Of a stretch of DNA of 64,000 nt, positions 26,141 to 34,486 are shown in pieces. The first letter of the stretch is position 1, and each line of letters opens with the position of its first letter. The notes beneath the pieces are model-generated. The model did not search any database and had not been told where the DNA came from. It saw only the letters and a program-made list of their open reading frames with translations. The stretch comes from a virus (Duplodnaviria; Heunggongvirae; Uroviricota; Caudoviricetes): positions 1 to 64,000 of the IMG/VR virus record IMGVR_UViG_3300044991_001838. One strand, given 5' to 3'. The position numbers and the translations under genes are program-made.

Positions 26141-26175
26141 CTAATATTTTTCATCTATACCGACTATTTATTAGT

Positions 26176-26754
26176 ATGGAAAAGAAATTAACATTAACAA
26201 AGGAACAATTATTTAAAGTGATGCACTTGAATGAGGCGGAAAACAAACCAGGTTTAACAAAGTCACCTAAATTATACTCGTTATCAGATAAGACAATTAA
26301 AATCTTAACTGATAGAATCAAAGACGAATATACTGCACATTATTATTACAGAGCGGCAACTAACTGGTGTGCGGATATGAACTACAAAAAAGCGGCAGCG
26401 TTTTTTGAAAATGAGGCAAAAGATGAATTAGGTCATTCTGAGATTTTACAACAATATATGACCGATTTCAATATTATCCCTGAAATCCCATCAGCAAAAA
26501 TTAGTCATACTTTCAATAGTTTGGAAGAAATTATTAATGGAGCTTATGAAATGGAATTGGCATTAATGAAAGCATATAACAAAGATTCACAAACAGTATT
26601 TTCTGATGATATTACAACATTTGATGTTTTAACTAAATTTAGAAAAATTCAAAAAGGTGCCGTAGTTGAGTATAACGACTTAATTAATGCATTGAGTTTA
26701 ATTGATAGTAAAGATAAGTTCCAAGTATTATACTTTGAACAAACATACTTTTAA
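26176..26754 (+). CDS. ferritin-like (non-haem ferritin) protein
   Basis: AATNWCADMNYKKAAAFFENEAKDELGHSEILQQYMTDFNIIP parallels FtnA [42 protein letters not shown]; tracked ORF start 26029 lies inside tRNA-His, so start reset to MEKKL at 26176. Confidence 0.65.
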   Translation: MEKKLTLTKEQLFKVMHLNEAENKPGLTKSPKLYSLSDKTIKILTDRIKDEYTAHYYYRAATNWCADMNYKKAAAFFENEAKDELGHSEILQQYMTDFNIIPEIPSAKISHTFNSLEEIINGAYEMELALMKAYNKDSQTVFSDDITTFDVLTKFRKIQKGAVVEYNDLINALSLIDSKDKFQVLYFEQTYF

Positions 26755-26776
26755 TATAGAAGAGATTTAAATACTA

Positions 26777-26812
26777 AATCCCTCTGATTAAAAGTCAGGG
26801 GGATTTTTTTTA
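26777..26812 (+). terminator. rho-independent terminator after ferritin gene
   Basis: ATCCCTCTGA-TTAAAAG-TCAGGGGGAT then T8. Confidence 0.7.
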
Positions 26813-26826
26813 TGGGATAAATTAAC

Positions 26827-26834
26827 TATCTTTG
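26827..26834 (+). promoter_or_regulatory. Bacteroidetes -7 element TATCTTTG upstream of tRNA-Ile
   Basis: TAnnTTTG 12 nt before tRNA 5' end; follows terminator. Confidence 0.4.
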
Positions 26835-26846
26835 TAAAAATAATAA

Positions 26847-26920
26847 TGGAATATAACTCAGTTGGTTAGAGTGTCATCCTGATACGGTGAAAGTCGATGG
26901 TTCGAGTCCATCTATTCCAA
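26847..26920 (+). tRNA. tRNA-Ile (GAU)
   Basis: Acceptor TGGAATA/TATTCCA, D-arm ACTC-AGTTGGTTAGAGT, anticodon arm TCATC-CTGATAC-GGTGA, T-arm GATGG-TTCGAGT-CCATC. Confidence 0.75.
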
Positions 26921-26921
26921 C

Positions 26922-27266
26922 ATGGAAACAACAGAAATAATAGAAAAAAAGAAAAAGGGGCATAAAGCCCAATTCAAAAAGATTGTAAAAGAATATAAAA
27001 GTGCATCAACTAAAGAAGTTTGGGAAGGTGTAAGGGATAATTTTACTTTTGGGTTCTTAGGGGCCACTTTAGTAGTTTTTATTGCAACACGTACAGATAT
27101 TGCGGTTTTAATGGGTTATTTAATATATTACTTTTTTATGGGTAAAATTGTAAATAGACCAAAATACGTAACTGATTTAGGTAAATTAATTGTATTCCCA
27201 ATACCATCCGCATTGGGCGCTTTTACAGGATATAAATTGTCATATATCTTACTACACCTAATATAA
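26922..27266 (+). CDS. membrane protein
   Basis: Two or three hydrophobic helices; possible holin-like. Confidence 0.45.
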   Translation: METTEIIEKKKKGHKAQFKKIVKEYKSASTKEVWEGVRDNFTFGFLGATLVVFIATRTDIAVLMGYLIYYFFMGKIVNRPKYVTDLGKLIVFPIPSALGAFTGYKLSYILLHLI

Positions 27267-27271
27267 TATAA

Positions 27272-27356
27272 GGAAGGTTGGCAGAGTGGTAATGCAGCGG
27301 TTTGCTAAACCGTACATCGATAAAATGATGCGAGAGTTCGAGTCTCTCATTTTCCG
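27272..27356 (+). tRNA. tRNA-Ser (GCU), class II
   Basis: Acceptor GGAAGGT/ATTTTCC disc G, anticodon arm GCGGT-TTGCTAA-ACCGT, 17-nt variable arm, T-arm GAGAG-TTCGAGT-CTCTC. Confidence 0.75.
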
Positions 27357-27440
27357 CAGAAAAAATATGTAAGAAAAATTGACATATCAGTATAGTTCTT
27401 GTATATTTATAATCTAATAATAAATAAAACAAAAAAAATT

Positions 27441-27638
27441 ATGAAAAAAATCGTAGCATTATTTGCAATTGTTGCAATCGTATCGTTATCCTCTTGTGGA
27501 AACAAAAAATCAAGTGAAACTAACTCTGACTTAACAGACTCAACTACAGTAACTGTAGACTCAGTAAAAGTGGATTCTACATCAGTAATTGTGGACTCAG
27601 TAAAAGCTGAAACACCAGCCGTAGAAGTAAAAAAATAA
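27441..27638 (+). CDS. lipoprotein
   Basis: MKKIVALFAIVAIVSLSSCG lipobox; Thr/Ser/Val-rich. Confidence 0.5.
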   Translation: MKKIVALFAIVAIVSLSSCGNKKSSETNSDLTDSTTVTVDSVKVDSTSVIVDSVKAETPAVEVKK

Positions 27639-27657
27639 TTACATTCTATTAGGAAAG

Positions 27658-27688
27658 AAAAAACCCATCAATTGATGGGTTTTTTTAT
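27658..27688. terminator. palindromic bidirectional terminator (copy 1)
   Basis: AAACCCATCAATTGATGGGTTT perfect palindrome flanked by A-run and T-run; identical core at 31267-31292. Confidence 0.65.
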
Positions 27689-28926
27689 TATAATAATTTT
27701 TTAATTCTTTTTATATTTTCAGTAACTTTCTTTTTAAAAGGACTTTTAACTAAATCTAAAAGCCAAGGGTCAACAGGTTCTTTATCTGCAACACCGCCCC
27801 ACCTTTTTTGAGTTCTATTACCATTTTTATCGTATTTGTCTCCAAGTACTTTATTAAAAATTTTTCCAGGTACAGATGCCATCATAGCGGTTAATGGGTC
27901 AGAAAATGACTGTCCTGAATTTCTATCTTTTTTCTTAACGTCATCATATTCTTTAGTGTTTGAGTTGTCACTAATTTTAATTGTATTCCAAGTATCATCA
28001 TACATTGTTACTTCAACATCTGTATCAGTTTTACCTAATATATCACCATTTGATATTGATTGTCCAACTCTGACAGAAGGGTGACTTATTCCACAAAATT
28101 GTAGGTAAGTTGTTTTTTTACCGTTACTTTTTACTGTAATTTGGTTTTTACAACTTGGTGAATATTTGTTAATAATTTCACCTGAAATTGGGCTTTTTAT
28201 TTTTGGGTTAGAATCTTTTGGGATAATTAATCTACCATATCTATTTGATATGTTGTTACCAAAATGTTTATTTTCTTTAATTTGGCGAGTTTCATTTGCT
28301 AAATTCTTTAGGGATTTTACTTGTGAACTAGGGTCAAGTAAAAGAGTGTCTGTTGCCGCATTAGGGTTATTAAATGCCGAAAATGTTGCTTGACTAACTC
28401 CTTCAGGTTTGGTTGCCGCTTTATATGCTGTATCTGATGCGGTATCTCCTGATGGTGTTACTGATGATGCACCACCTTTATTTGAAACATGTACATGATT
28501 GTTATGTCCTGGAAATCCAAAAGTTAAAACCGCTTTTTCGTTACCAGACTCAACATTTTTTTTGTATCCCATTTGAACTAATACCCCAACTAACTTATCG
28601 GCGTCGGCTCTGTTAGAAGTACTTACCGCCCTACCATTAATCATTGCAATGTCCACAGCATTACCCGATTCGTGTCTTGTTCCTGTATCATGACCACTAA
28701 CCGCAGTTGTAATATCTACTTTAAGTCCTGCAGATTTTGCTGCTGTTTGTATATCTTGTAAAAGTGCGGTGTTAATATTATCTTTTGAAGGAGTACTTTT
28801 CCCAACAACATTATCTTTAAAATCTACATTATCATATACATCAGAAGCTTCAACCAATTCTTTGTTTTCTAAAATGGTTTTATACAATGATAAAATTTCA
28901 TTGACTAATTTTGATTCTTTTCCCAT
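27688..28926 (-). CDS. peptidoglycan peptidase, M15 (VanY/L-Ala-D-Glu endopeptidase) family with C-terminal beta-barrel domain
   Basis: SGHDTGTRHESGNAVDIAM matches the M15 S-x-H-x(3)-G-x-A-x-D zinc site, second His cluster GHNNHVHV; C-terminal LytM-like segment lacking HxH. Confidence 0.6.
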   Translation of the reverse strand: MGKESKLVNEILSLYKTILENKELVEASDVYDNVDFKDNVVGKSTPSKDNINTALLQDIQTAAKSAGLKVDITTAVSGHDTGTRHESGNAVDIAMINGRAVSTSNRADADKLVGVLVQMGYKKNVESGNEKAVLTFGFPGHNNHVHVSNKGGASSVTPSGDTASDTAYKAATKPEGVSQATFSAFNNPNAATDTLLLDPSSQVKSLKNLANETRQIKENKHFGNNISNRYGRLIIPKDSNPKIKSPISGEIINKYSPSCKNQITVKSNGKKTTYLQFCGISHPSVRVGQSISNGDILGKTDTDVEVTMYDDTWNTIKISDNSNTKEYDDVKKKDRNSGQSFSDPLTAMMASVPGKIFNKVLGDKYDKNGNRTQKRWGGVADKEPVDPWLLDLVKSPFKKKVTENIKRIKKLL

Positions 28927-28966
28927 AATAATAAATACCTTAATTACATAAAAAAAAGACCAACTA

Positions 28967-29308
28967 TTAATTGGTCTTTTTAGAATAAGTTAATCTTTTA
29001 ATTTTTTCTTGAGTTTTTTCAGGTAATCCCGTTAATAACGTAGATTCCTTCGGGGTCTTTTTTTCAGATTTAATTTTTCTAATAGGTTTATCTTCAACTA
29101 AACCGAACTTAATAAAACGGTACCAAACTCTTTCATGAATATAATATTGAATAGGTTTGTACAATAATTCGGCAACCCCAAAAGCGGCACCAAATGTTAT
29201 ATTACCTGTTGCCCACCACATGATTAAAAATCCAACTGCGGTACTGATTATTCTATAACTAATTGTTTTTGCTAAATGTCGTTTAGCGGATACTTTAATT
29301 TGATTCAT
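28967..29308 (-). CDS. membrane protein
   Basis: 113 aa, two TM helices then basic tail. Confidence 0.45.
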   Translation of the reverse strand: MNQIKVSAKRHLAKTISYRIISTAVGFLIMWWATGNITFGAAFGVAELLYKPIQYYIHERVWYRFIKFGLVEDKPIRKIKSEKKTPKESTLLTGLPEKTQEKIKRLTYSKKTN

Positions 29309-29690
29309 AAGGACTAATATTAGATGGTATTTGGATATCTTTCAAACCTTCATCTCTTTTTAAGTTTATACCAATAGCTCTTGGTAATTCTGGTTTGTCA
29401 GGGTCAACGTCATTTAAAACAACTCTTGTCCCTCGGCCACAATTCATAACTATTTGATTAAATTTAATCCCAAGGATGTTTAGTTCGTTTTCTGTAAATT
29501 CTCTATATGATTCAGGGCGAGCAGTTGTGATAATAATAACAGCTCCTGAGTTAAAATGACCATTAACAAAATCAATAACATCTTGGATTGGAGTTAATAC
29601 TGACTCCGCAAGTTCACTGAATTTTCTGTACTTAACTAAAGTACCATCAATATCAACAAAAAGGGTTGGATTTTTAATTACCGTACTCAT
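29295..29690 (-). CDS. HAD-family phosphatase (PNK 3'-phosphatase-like)
   Basis: LFVDIDGTLV motif I, IITTAR motif II-like, VLNDVD region. Confidence 0.6.
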   Translation of the reverse strand: MSTVIKNPTLFVDIDGTLVKYRKFSELAESVLTPIQDVIDFVNGHFNSGAVIIITTARPESYREFTENELNILGIKFNQIVMNCGRGTRVVLNDVDPDKPELPRAIGINLKRDEGLKDIQIPSNISPYESN

Positions 29691-29691
29691 A

Positions 29692-29877
29692 TTAAATTTT
29701 TGGTTCTTTTGGTATTACCATCCAAAGTACAAGATAAGTAAAAATAATTGGGATTGGGGTAAAAATTGCAACTATAAAAATAACTTTTACCACACTTTCA
29801 TCAATGCCTAAATAATCTGCAAGACCTGAACAGATACCTGCAAATTTTGAATTTCTTTTTCTAAATAATTTTTTCAT
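29692..29877 (-). CDS. PspC-domain membrane protein
   Basis: FRKRNSKFAGICSGLADYLGIDESVVKVIFIV then TM helix, classic PspC N-terminal domain. Confidence 0.65.
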   Translation of the reverse strand: MKKLFRKRNSKFAGICSGLADYLGIDESVVKVIFIVAIFTPIPIIFTYLVLWMVIPKEPKI

Positions 29878-29884
29878 ATTTTTT

Positions 29885-30060
29885 TTTGATATAAAAGTGG
29901 TCAGGGACTAGTGGGATTAACCCTAAGAGTGCACTTCCGTTCATCGCTGCAGCAAATTACACTAGTTTGACCACCATACGTTGAAGTGTTATGATTTACC
30001 TTGTTAGGTTCTACCCCAATTCAAGTGCTCATAAACCCAACGATTTTAATTATGACACAA
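29885..30060 (-). ncRNA. structured intergenic element upstream of pspC-domain gene
   Basis: Nested long-range pairs GTGGTCA...TGACCAC and CTAGTG...CACTAG around GGGATTAACCC hairpin; between two minus-strand genes. Confidence 0.25.
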
Positions 30061-30072
30061 TGATAATAATGT

Positions 30073-30264
30073 TTATATTTTATCAAAGTGTTTATTGTTT
30101 AATTCCTCAATAGAAATTTGATTATTTTTCCATTCTTTCCAAACTTCAAAATCTTTTAATTCTGTTAAAGTATCTTCATGAACCAATAGAAATCCTTCAG
30201 GTGCAATACCTTTTAATTTACCCATTGGTCCTCTTTCCTCAATAATTTTTTTTATATCAATCAT
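30073..30264 (-). CDS. hypothetical protein
   Basis: 63-aa ORF coupled to upstream gene. Confidence 0.4.
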   Translation of the reverse strand: MIDIKKIIEERGPMGKLKGIAPEGFLLVHEDTLTELKDFEVWKEWKNNQISIEELNNKHFDKI

Positions 30265-30958
30265 TATTAGTTAAATATTCCAATAATTTTTCTTTAACAC
30301 CAGATTGTTTGATTCCTTCATTTTCTCTTGGTGTATGAACAAAGTTAGATAATCCCCATACTTGTTCATAACCATAAGAATCTTTCCCTCCTAACTGTAA
30401 ATCGTCAATACAAGCCCAATGTGTGATTTCGGGATGGTCTGTTAGATATTGTCTAACCTCAATACATCTTTGTTGTTCATGCATTGTACTTCGTCTCCAT
30501 ACAAACTCATCAGGTTTATCACAACCGATGTATCGTTTGGTGAATGCTATTGGTGCCTTTGAGATTCCTTTTGACAGGTAATATTCACCAATTTCTTCCA
30601 ATGTTGCGTGTAATCTCCAATCAGAAGAAACAACAAGTTCAGCACCTGTTAATTCTAAGACATCATTTAATACTTTAACGGCTTTCTTATCAAAATCATC
30701 AAATCGTACTTCAACGGGTGCTACAGTGTCGCTAGTTGCTTCAGGATTAAGTTTCTTATACTTCTTCCATTTTTTGGCTCGACCACCCCAATTATTGGAG
30801 AGACAGATTACCCCGTCATTATCCAAAAATATTACCTTATTTGTTTTCATTTTATTTAATAATTTAATTGATTCAAATCTAATAGCGTCAGTTAATTCTT
30901 GGCATTCCCAGCACCAATCATTATTATCTATCCCAATATGCTTATAACACTTCAACAT
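30257..30958 (-). CDS. HAD-like hydrolase (nucleotidase/phosphatase-like) with N-terminal Cys pair
   Basis: VIFLDNDGVI DxDGV motif I. Confidence 0.5.
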   Translation of the reverse strand: MLKCYKHIGIDNNDWCWECQELTDAIRFESIKLLNKMKTNKVIFLDNDGVICLSNNWGGRAKKWKKYKKLNPEATSDTVAPVEVRFDDFDKKAVKVLNDVLELTGAELVVSSDWRLHATLEEIGEYYLSKGISKAPIAFTKRYIGCDKPDEFVWRRSTMHEQQRCIEVRQYLTDHPEITHWACIDDLQLGGKDSYGYEQVWGLSNFVHTPRENEGIKQSGVKEKLLEYLTNND

Positions 30959-31032
30959 AATACAAAGATACGATATTTATAAGAAAAACAAAAAGTCTTA
31001 CGACATAAATTTTAAATATCTGTAAATGGAGG

Positions 31033-31254
31033 ATGATGAAAAAAATGAAAACTTGGAGACGGAGCCTCCAAGACAACCTATCACAGGTATTTTTAATGCT
31101 CGCATTATTCTTCAATCCTTTTGGTTTCGATGCCGTACAATATTCCCTAATATTACTGACAGGAAGTTTATGGAAAGCGAACTTCGTGTTGTATGGTATT
31201 GCGGGATTATTTTTTGGACTGTATATCTACTTTCGAAAGTTATCTAATCGTTAA
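31033..31254 (+). CDS. small membrane protein
   Basis: Two hydrophobic helices; chosen over overlapping alternative frame 31026..31247. Confidence 0.4.
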   Translation: MMKKMKTWRRSLQDNLSQVFLMLALFFNPFGFDAVQYSLILLTGSLWKANFVLYGIAGLFFGLYIYFRKLSNR

Positions 31255-31266
31255 GTATAATAAAAT

Positions 31267-31292
31267 AAAAAACCCATCAATTGATGGGTTTT
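31267..31292. terminator. palindromic bidirectional terminator (copy 2)
   Basis: Same AAACCCATCAATTGATGGGTTT core as 27661-27682. Confidence 0.6.
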
Positions 31293-31299
31293 CTTTTTG

Positions 31300-31770
31300 G
31301 TGGAGATGTCGGCTTCGAAGCCGAGTGTTGTTCACCCTAATTGTTCAGGACTACACGTTTAGGATAACATTAGTTCTCAATGTTCCAAAATATCAGGTCT
31401 GATGTATGTGAGAAACCTACCTGCAAACAACTTGGTCTTAGAGTTATTTTAAACGAGCTCTAACCTGTCACCCGTATACTGAACTTCTGTTGCTAGGTTG
31501 AATGTTCTAACCGACCCCTTGTTGTTCCCTGAACTATGCAGTAACAACAGCTTCTTCTCTAGTCAAACCTAAAGCAGAAAGCTTAGCAAAAGTATTGCCA
31601 ATTGAATTTTACCATCACAGATTTAAGTCATAGATGATGTTTGACTACGTGCCCCAAATAAGTAGTAATGCCAGTCAATTCCATTTCATCCCCTTATTTT
31701 AACACTACAAAGATAGAAATAAATATGTAGATTCCAAACAGAAAAGGTATTTATATTAAAAATAGTTTTT
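31300..31770. ncRNA. GC-rich ORF-free segment, candidate ncRNA
   Basis: About 470 nt with no ORF of 60 aa or more apart from an edge overlap; perfect hairpin GTCGGCTTCGAAGCCGAG near its start; GC clearly above genome background. Confidence 0.25.
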
Positions 31771-31771
31771 A

Positions 31772-32917
31772 ATGGGTAAAATTAAATTAAGTGAGTCTGA
31801 ATTAATTCAGGTTATTAAAAGAATTGTTAAAGAATCTGATGATGAGTCAAATGGACCAAACGACAATTTTGTTATTGCCTTAAGAAATTATGCTAAAGGT
31901 AAAATCACTAAAGATGATTTATATGACATTGATGATTCCATATACTATATTGAACCCAAAACACCTTTAGGTCAAACAATGTTAACTATAGAGTTTAAAA
32001 ATGAAGAAGAACTTTTAAATTTACTTGAGATGAGTGATGATGACATATGGTTTATGAGAGCATTAAATGGATATGACGGTTATGACTTTATGGACTCATA
32101 TCAAATAGAGCAAGATTTTAAAGATGGGTATGGTGTGTACGGTGAGTTAGATGAAGAAAATGTAGATAAACTTAAAGACCTCTCTTCAATTCTTTTATCG
32201 GGTAAAGAATTTGATTTAACTAATGAAGATTTTAAAATTGCATTATCTCAAATTTTATTAGATGTGTTTCCAAAAGAAATTGACTACATCCTTGGTGATT
32301 TTGAAATGGAAAAAGAAAGTGAAATGAATGCTGTTGCCAATAAAGTAATTAAAGAAGAATTTGATGATGTTTTATTAAGTGTTGGAGCAAACATTAATAG
32401 TGGATTTGATAGGATTGATATAAAATTGTCGGATTTGTATGCTGCTGCTTTACAATCAAATTTATACAATGGTGATGCCAAAGAATTAGTTGCTAGTGTA
32501 CTTAAAAGGGCTAGTGATAATAACGGTGGAGGTGGTCAATTTGGTGGGTGGTATGAAAACAGTTATGAATATCAAGACCCTGAGTATTTTGATTCAAAAT
32601 CTTTCAATAACTATGTGGGTAGACAATTTGATGAAATGTTAGAAAGTTTGGAGTCAAACAGTGATGAGATTAATGGTGGAATAAAAGAATATTTAGATTT
32701 TAGAACTCGTATAACTTCTAAATTCAAATTAAATAGTTGGTACGACTTACCTAAAGACAAAAAATACAGATTTCAGATTAAAGAATTTGATAGAAATGAT
32801 ATGAAAATCATTGTTGAATTACAAACACCTCTTGGATTTAAAAAAGTTAAATTAAGTGAGGAAAATTTTAATCATTTATTATATCAACCTTCATTATTTA
32901 ATTTGGAAGAAATCTAA
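31772..32917 (+). CDS. hypothetical acidic protein
   Basis: 381-aa ORF. Confidence 0.5.
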   Translation: MGKIKLSESELIQVIKRIVKESDDESNGPNDNFVIALRNYAKGKITKDDLYDIDDSIYYIEPKTPLGQTMLTIEFKNEEELLNLLEMSDDDIWFMRALNGYDGYDFMDSYQIEQDFKDGYGVYGELDEENVDKLKDLSSILLSGKEFDLTNEDFKIALSQILLDVFPKEIDYILGDFEMEKESEMNAVANKVIKEEFDDVLLSVGANINSGFDRIDIKLSDLYAAALQSNLYNGDAKELVASVLKRASDNNGGGGQFGGWYENSYEYQDPEYFDSKSFNNYVGRQFDEMLESLESNSDEINGGIKEYLDFRTRITSKFKLNSWYDLPKDKKYRFQIKEFDRNDMKIIVELQTPLGFKKVKLSEENFNHLLYQPSLFNLEEI

Positions 32918-32933
32918 ATTTTTATTATCTTTG
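32902..32933 (+). promoter_or_regulatory. Bacteroidetes-type promoter (-33 TTTG, -7 TATCTTTG) for M20 peptidase gene
   Basis: TTTG 32902-32905 and TATCTTTG 32926-32933, 20-nt spacing, 4 nt before ATG 32938. Confidence 0.45.
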
Positions 32934-32937
32934 TGCT

Positions 32938-33780
32938 ATGACACAAAATATAGACTTACTAAAGGAAGTACTTAGCGTTCCTAGTAAAACATACAAAGAA
33001 GACCTTATGGTTGAATTTTTGGTTAATTGGTTAACTGAAAACAATATTGAACATTATGTTGATGAAAACAAAAATGTTTATGCGACAAAAAAAGAAAATT
33101 CGGAATTACCTGAAGATTTCTTTTTCCCATGCGTGATTTCCCACACAGACACAGTTCATGATTTAGATACAATCATTGTTCATGAAGAACAATTATTAAA
33201 TGCTCAAGGTGAAGTTAAAGATTCACTTAAAGCATACAATCTACACGGTCTTCCTACAGGGATTGGTGGTGATGATAAATGCGGAGTTTTTGCTTGTTTA
33301 ACATTACTTAAAGAATTACCGTATTTGAAAGCGGCATTCTTTGTATCTGAAGAAACTGGTTGTCATGGTTCTAAAAAAGCAGACCCTGAGTTCTTTACCA
33401 ATGTTGGTTATGGGATTCAATTTGACGCTCCTGAGAATTGGATGATTACTGAAAAATGTTTTGGTCAAATTTTATTTGATAGAGAAACAGAATTCTTTGA
33501 AAAAATTGACCAAGTATTAACTGAGGGAATGGTTAAAGAAGACATGCAATACATGGTCCATCCATATACCGATGTTTATGCCTTGAGAAACAAATTTGAT
33601 TTTTCTTGTATTAACTTCTCAATTGGATATTACAATTACCACACACCAAACGAGTATGTTGTTATTGAGGATGTATTCAATGGAATTGAAATGGGTAGAA
33701 AAATGATTGAGGGATTAGGTTATAGATTACACTATAAAAAGTCAGTTCAATATGACCCAATGAGTAGATTTGTTAGATAA
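32938..33780 (+). CDS. M20/M42-clan zinc exopeptidase-like protein
   Basis: VISHTDTVHD (HxD), GIGGDDKCGVFA (GxxDxKxG), FVSEETGCHGS (EE) metal-site blocks. Confidence 0.6.
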   Translation: MTQNIDLLKEVLSVPSKTYKEDLMVEFLVNWLTENNIEHYVDENKNVYATKKENSELPEDFFFPCVISHTDTVHDLDTIIVHEEQLLNAQGEVKDSLKAYNLHGLPTGIGGDDKCGVFACLTLLKELPYLKAAFFVSEETGCHGSKKADPEFFTNVGYGIQFDAPENWMITEKCFGQILFDRETEFFEKIDQVLTEGMVKEDMQYMVHPYTDVYALRNKFDFSCINFSIGYYNYHTPNEYVVIEDVFNGIEMGRKMIEGLGYRLHYKKSVQYDPMSRFVR

Positions 33781-34441
33781 AATTTTCTAACTTATCAATA
33801 TATCGTTTAACCATCGGGTGGTCTTGAATATCTTCATATTCTCCTCCCGATTTTTTTATGTCTTTAATTCCGTTAACAATTTGTTGTAAATGACCTCTGA
33901 CCATTTTAGACATTAAAGGATATTTTTCAATAAATAGGGAAAGTGAAAATAAATTTTTTGCAATATCTATTGGAATTTCTAATTTAATCACAATTTTTGC
34001 AACCATATTTTTTGCAAATTGGTCGGCATCTAATTCCATCTCCCAATATTGGTCGGCAAGATTCTCAAAATCTTCCAAGTCAAATTCAGTTAATGGGTTT
34101 AACATTTTTAAATCACGAACTTGATGCTCATGTCTAATTTCGTGAAAAATTGTGTAAAGAAAATCCCCAATAGTTGACATTTGTGTTGGAGAACAAATTA
34201 TAACTTGGTCCTTAGTTCTAACACCTGAAAACCCTGTTGAACAAGAATTAAGAAATTTAACATTAATATTATTTTTTTGGATATAATCTGAAATGAATTT
34301 ACCAATTATTGGTACTTTAGATTTTAAATCGTCAGGAAATTGGGATTTAAAATGATTCATTAATCTATCAAGATTTGATTGAGATTTTATCTCATTATTT
34401 TCAAATGTTTCTTTAATAATTTTTTTAATCAAATCTTTCAT
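33773..34441 (-). CDS. HExxH zinc metallopeptidase-like protein
   Basis: FHEIRHEHQVRDL HExxH with downstream acidic residue. Confidence 0.5.
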   Translation of the reverse strand: MKDLIKKIIKETFENNEIKSQSNLDRLMNHFKSQFPDDLKSKVPIIGKFISDYIQKNNINVKFLNSCSTGFSGVRTKDQVIICSPTQMSTIGDFLYTIFHEIRHEHQVRDLKMLNPLTEFDLEDFENLADQYWEMELDADQFAKNMVAKIVIKLEIPIDIAKNLFSLSLFIEKYPLMSKMVRGHLQQIVNGIKDIKKSGGEYEDIQDHPMVKRYIDKLENFI

Positions 34442-34453
34442 TATTATAAATAT

Positions 34454-34486
34454 AAAAAAAGGGGGAATTAAATTCCCCCTTTTTTA
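34454..34486 (-). terminator. terminator downstream of ClpC-like gene
   Basis: A7-GGGGGAATT/AATTCCCCC-T6 palindrome. Confidence 0.65.

Noticed and set aside
26029-26175. N-terminal 49 codons of tracked ORF 26029-26754
   Set aside because: Overlap tRNA-His; a proper Met (MEKKL) at 26176 gives a ferritin-sized protein
31026-31247. Alternative-frame 73-aa ORF
   Set aside because: Overlaps 31033-31254 almost entirely; the other frame encodes a convincing two-helix membrane protein
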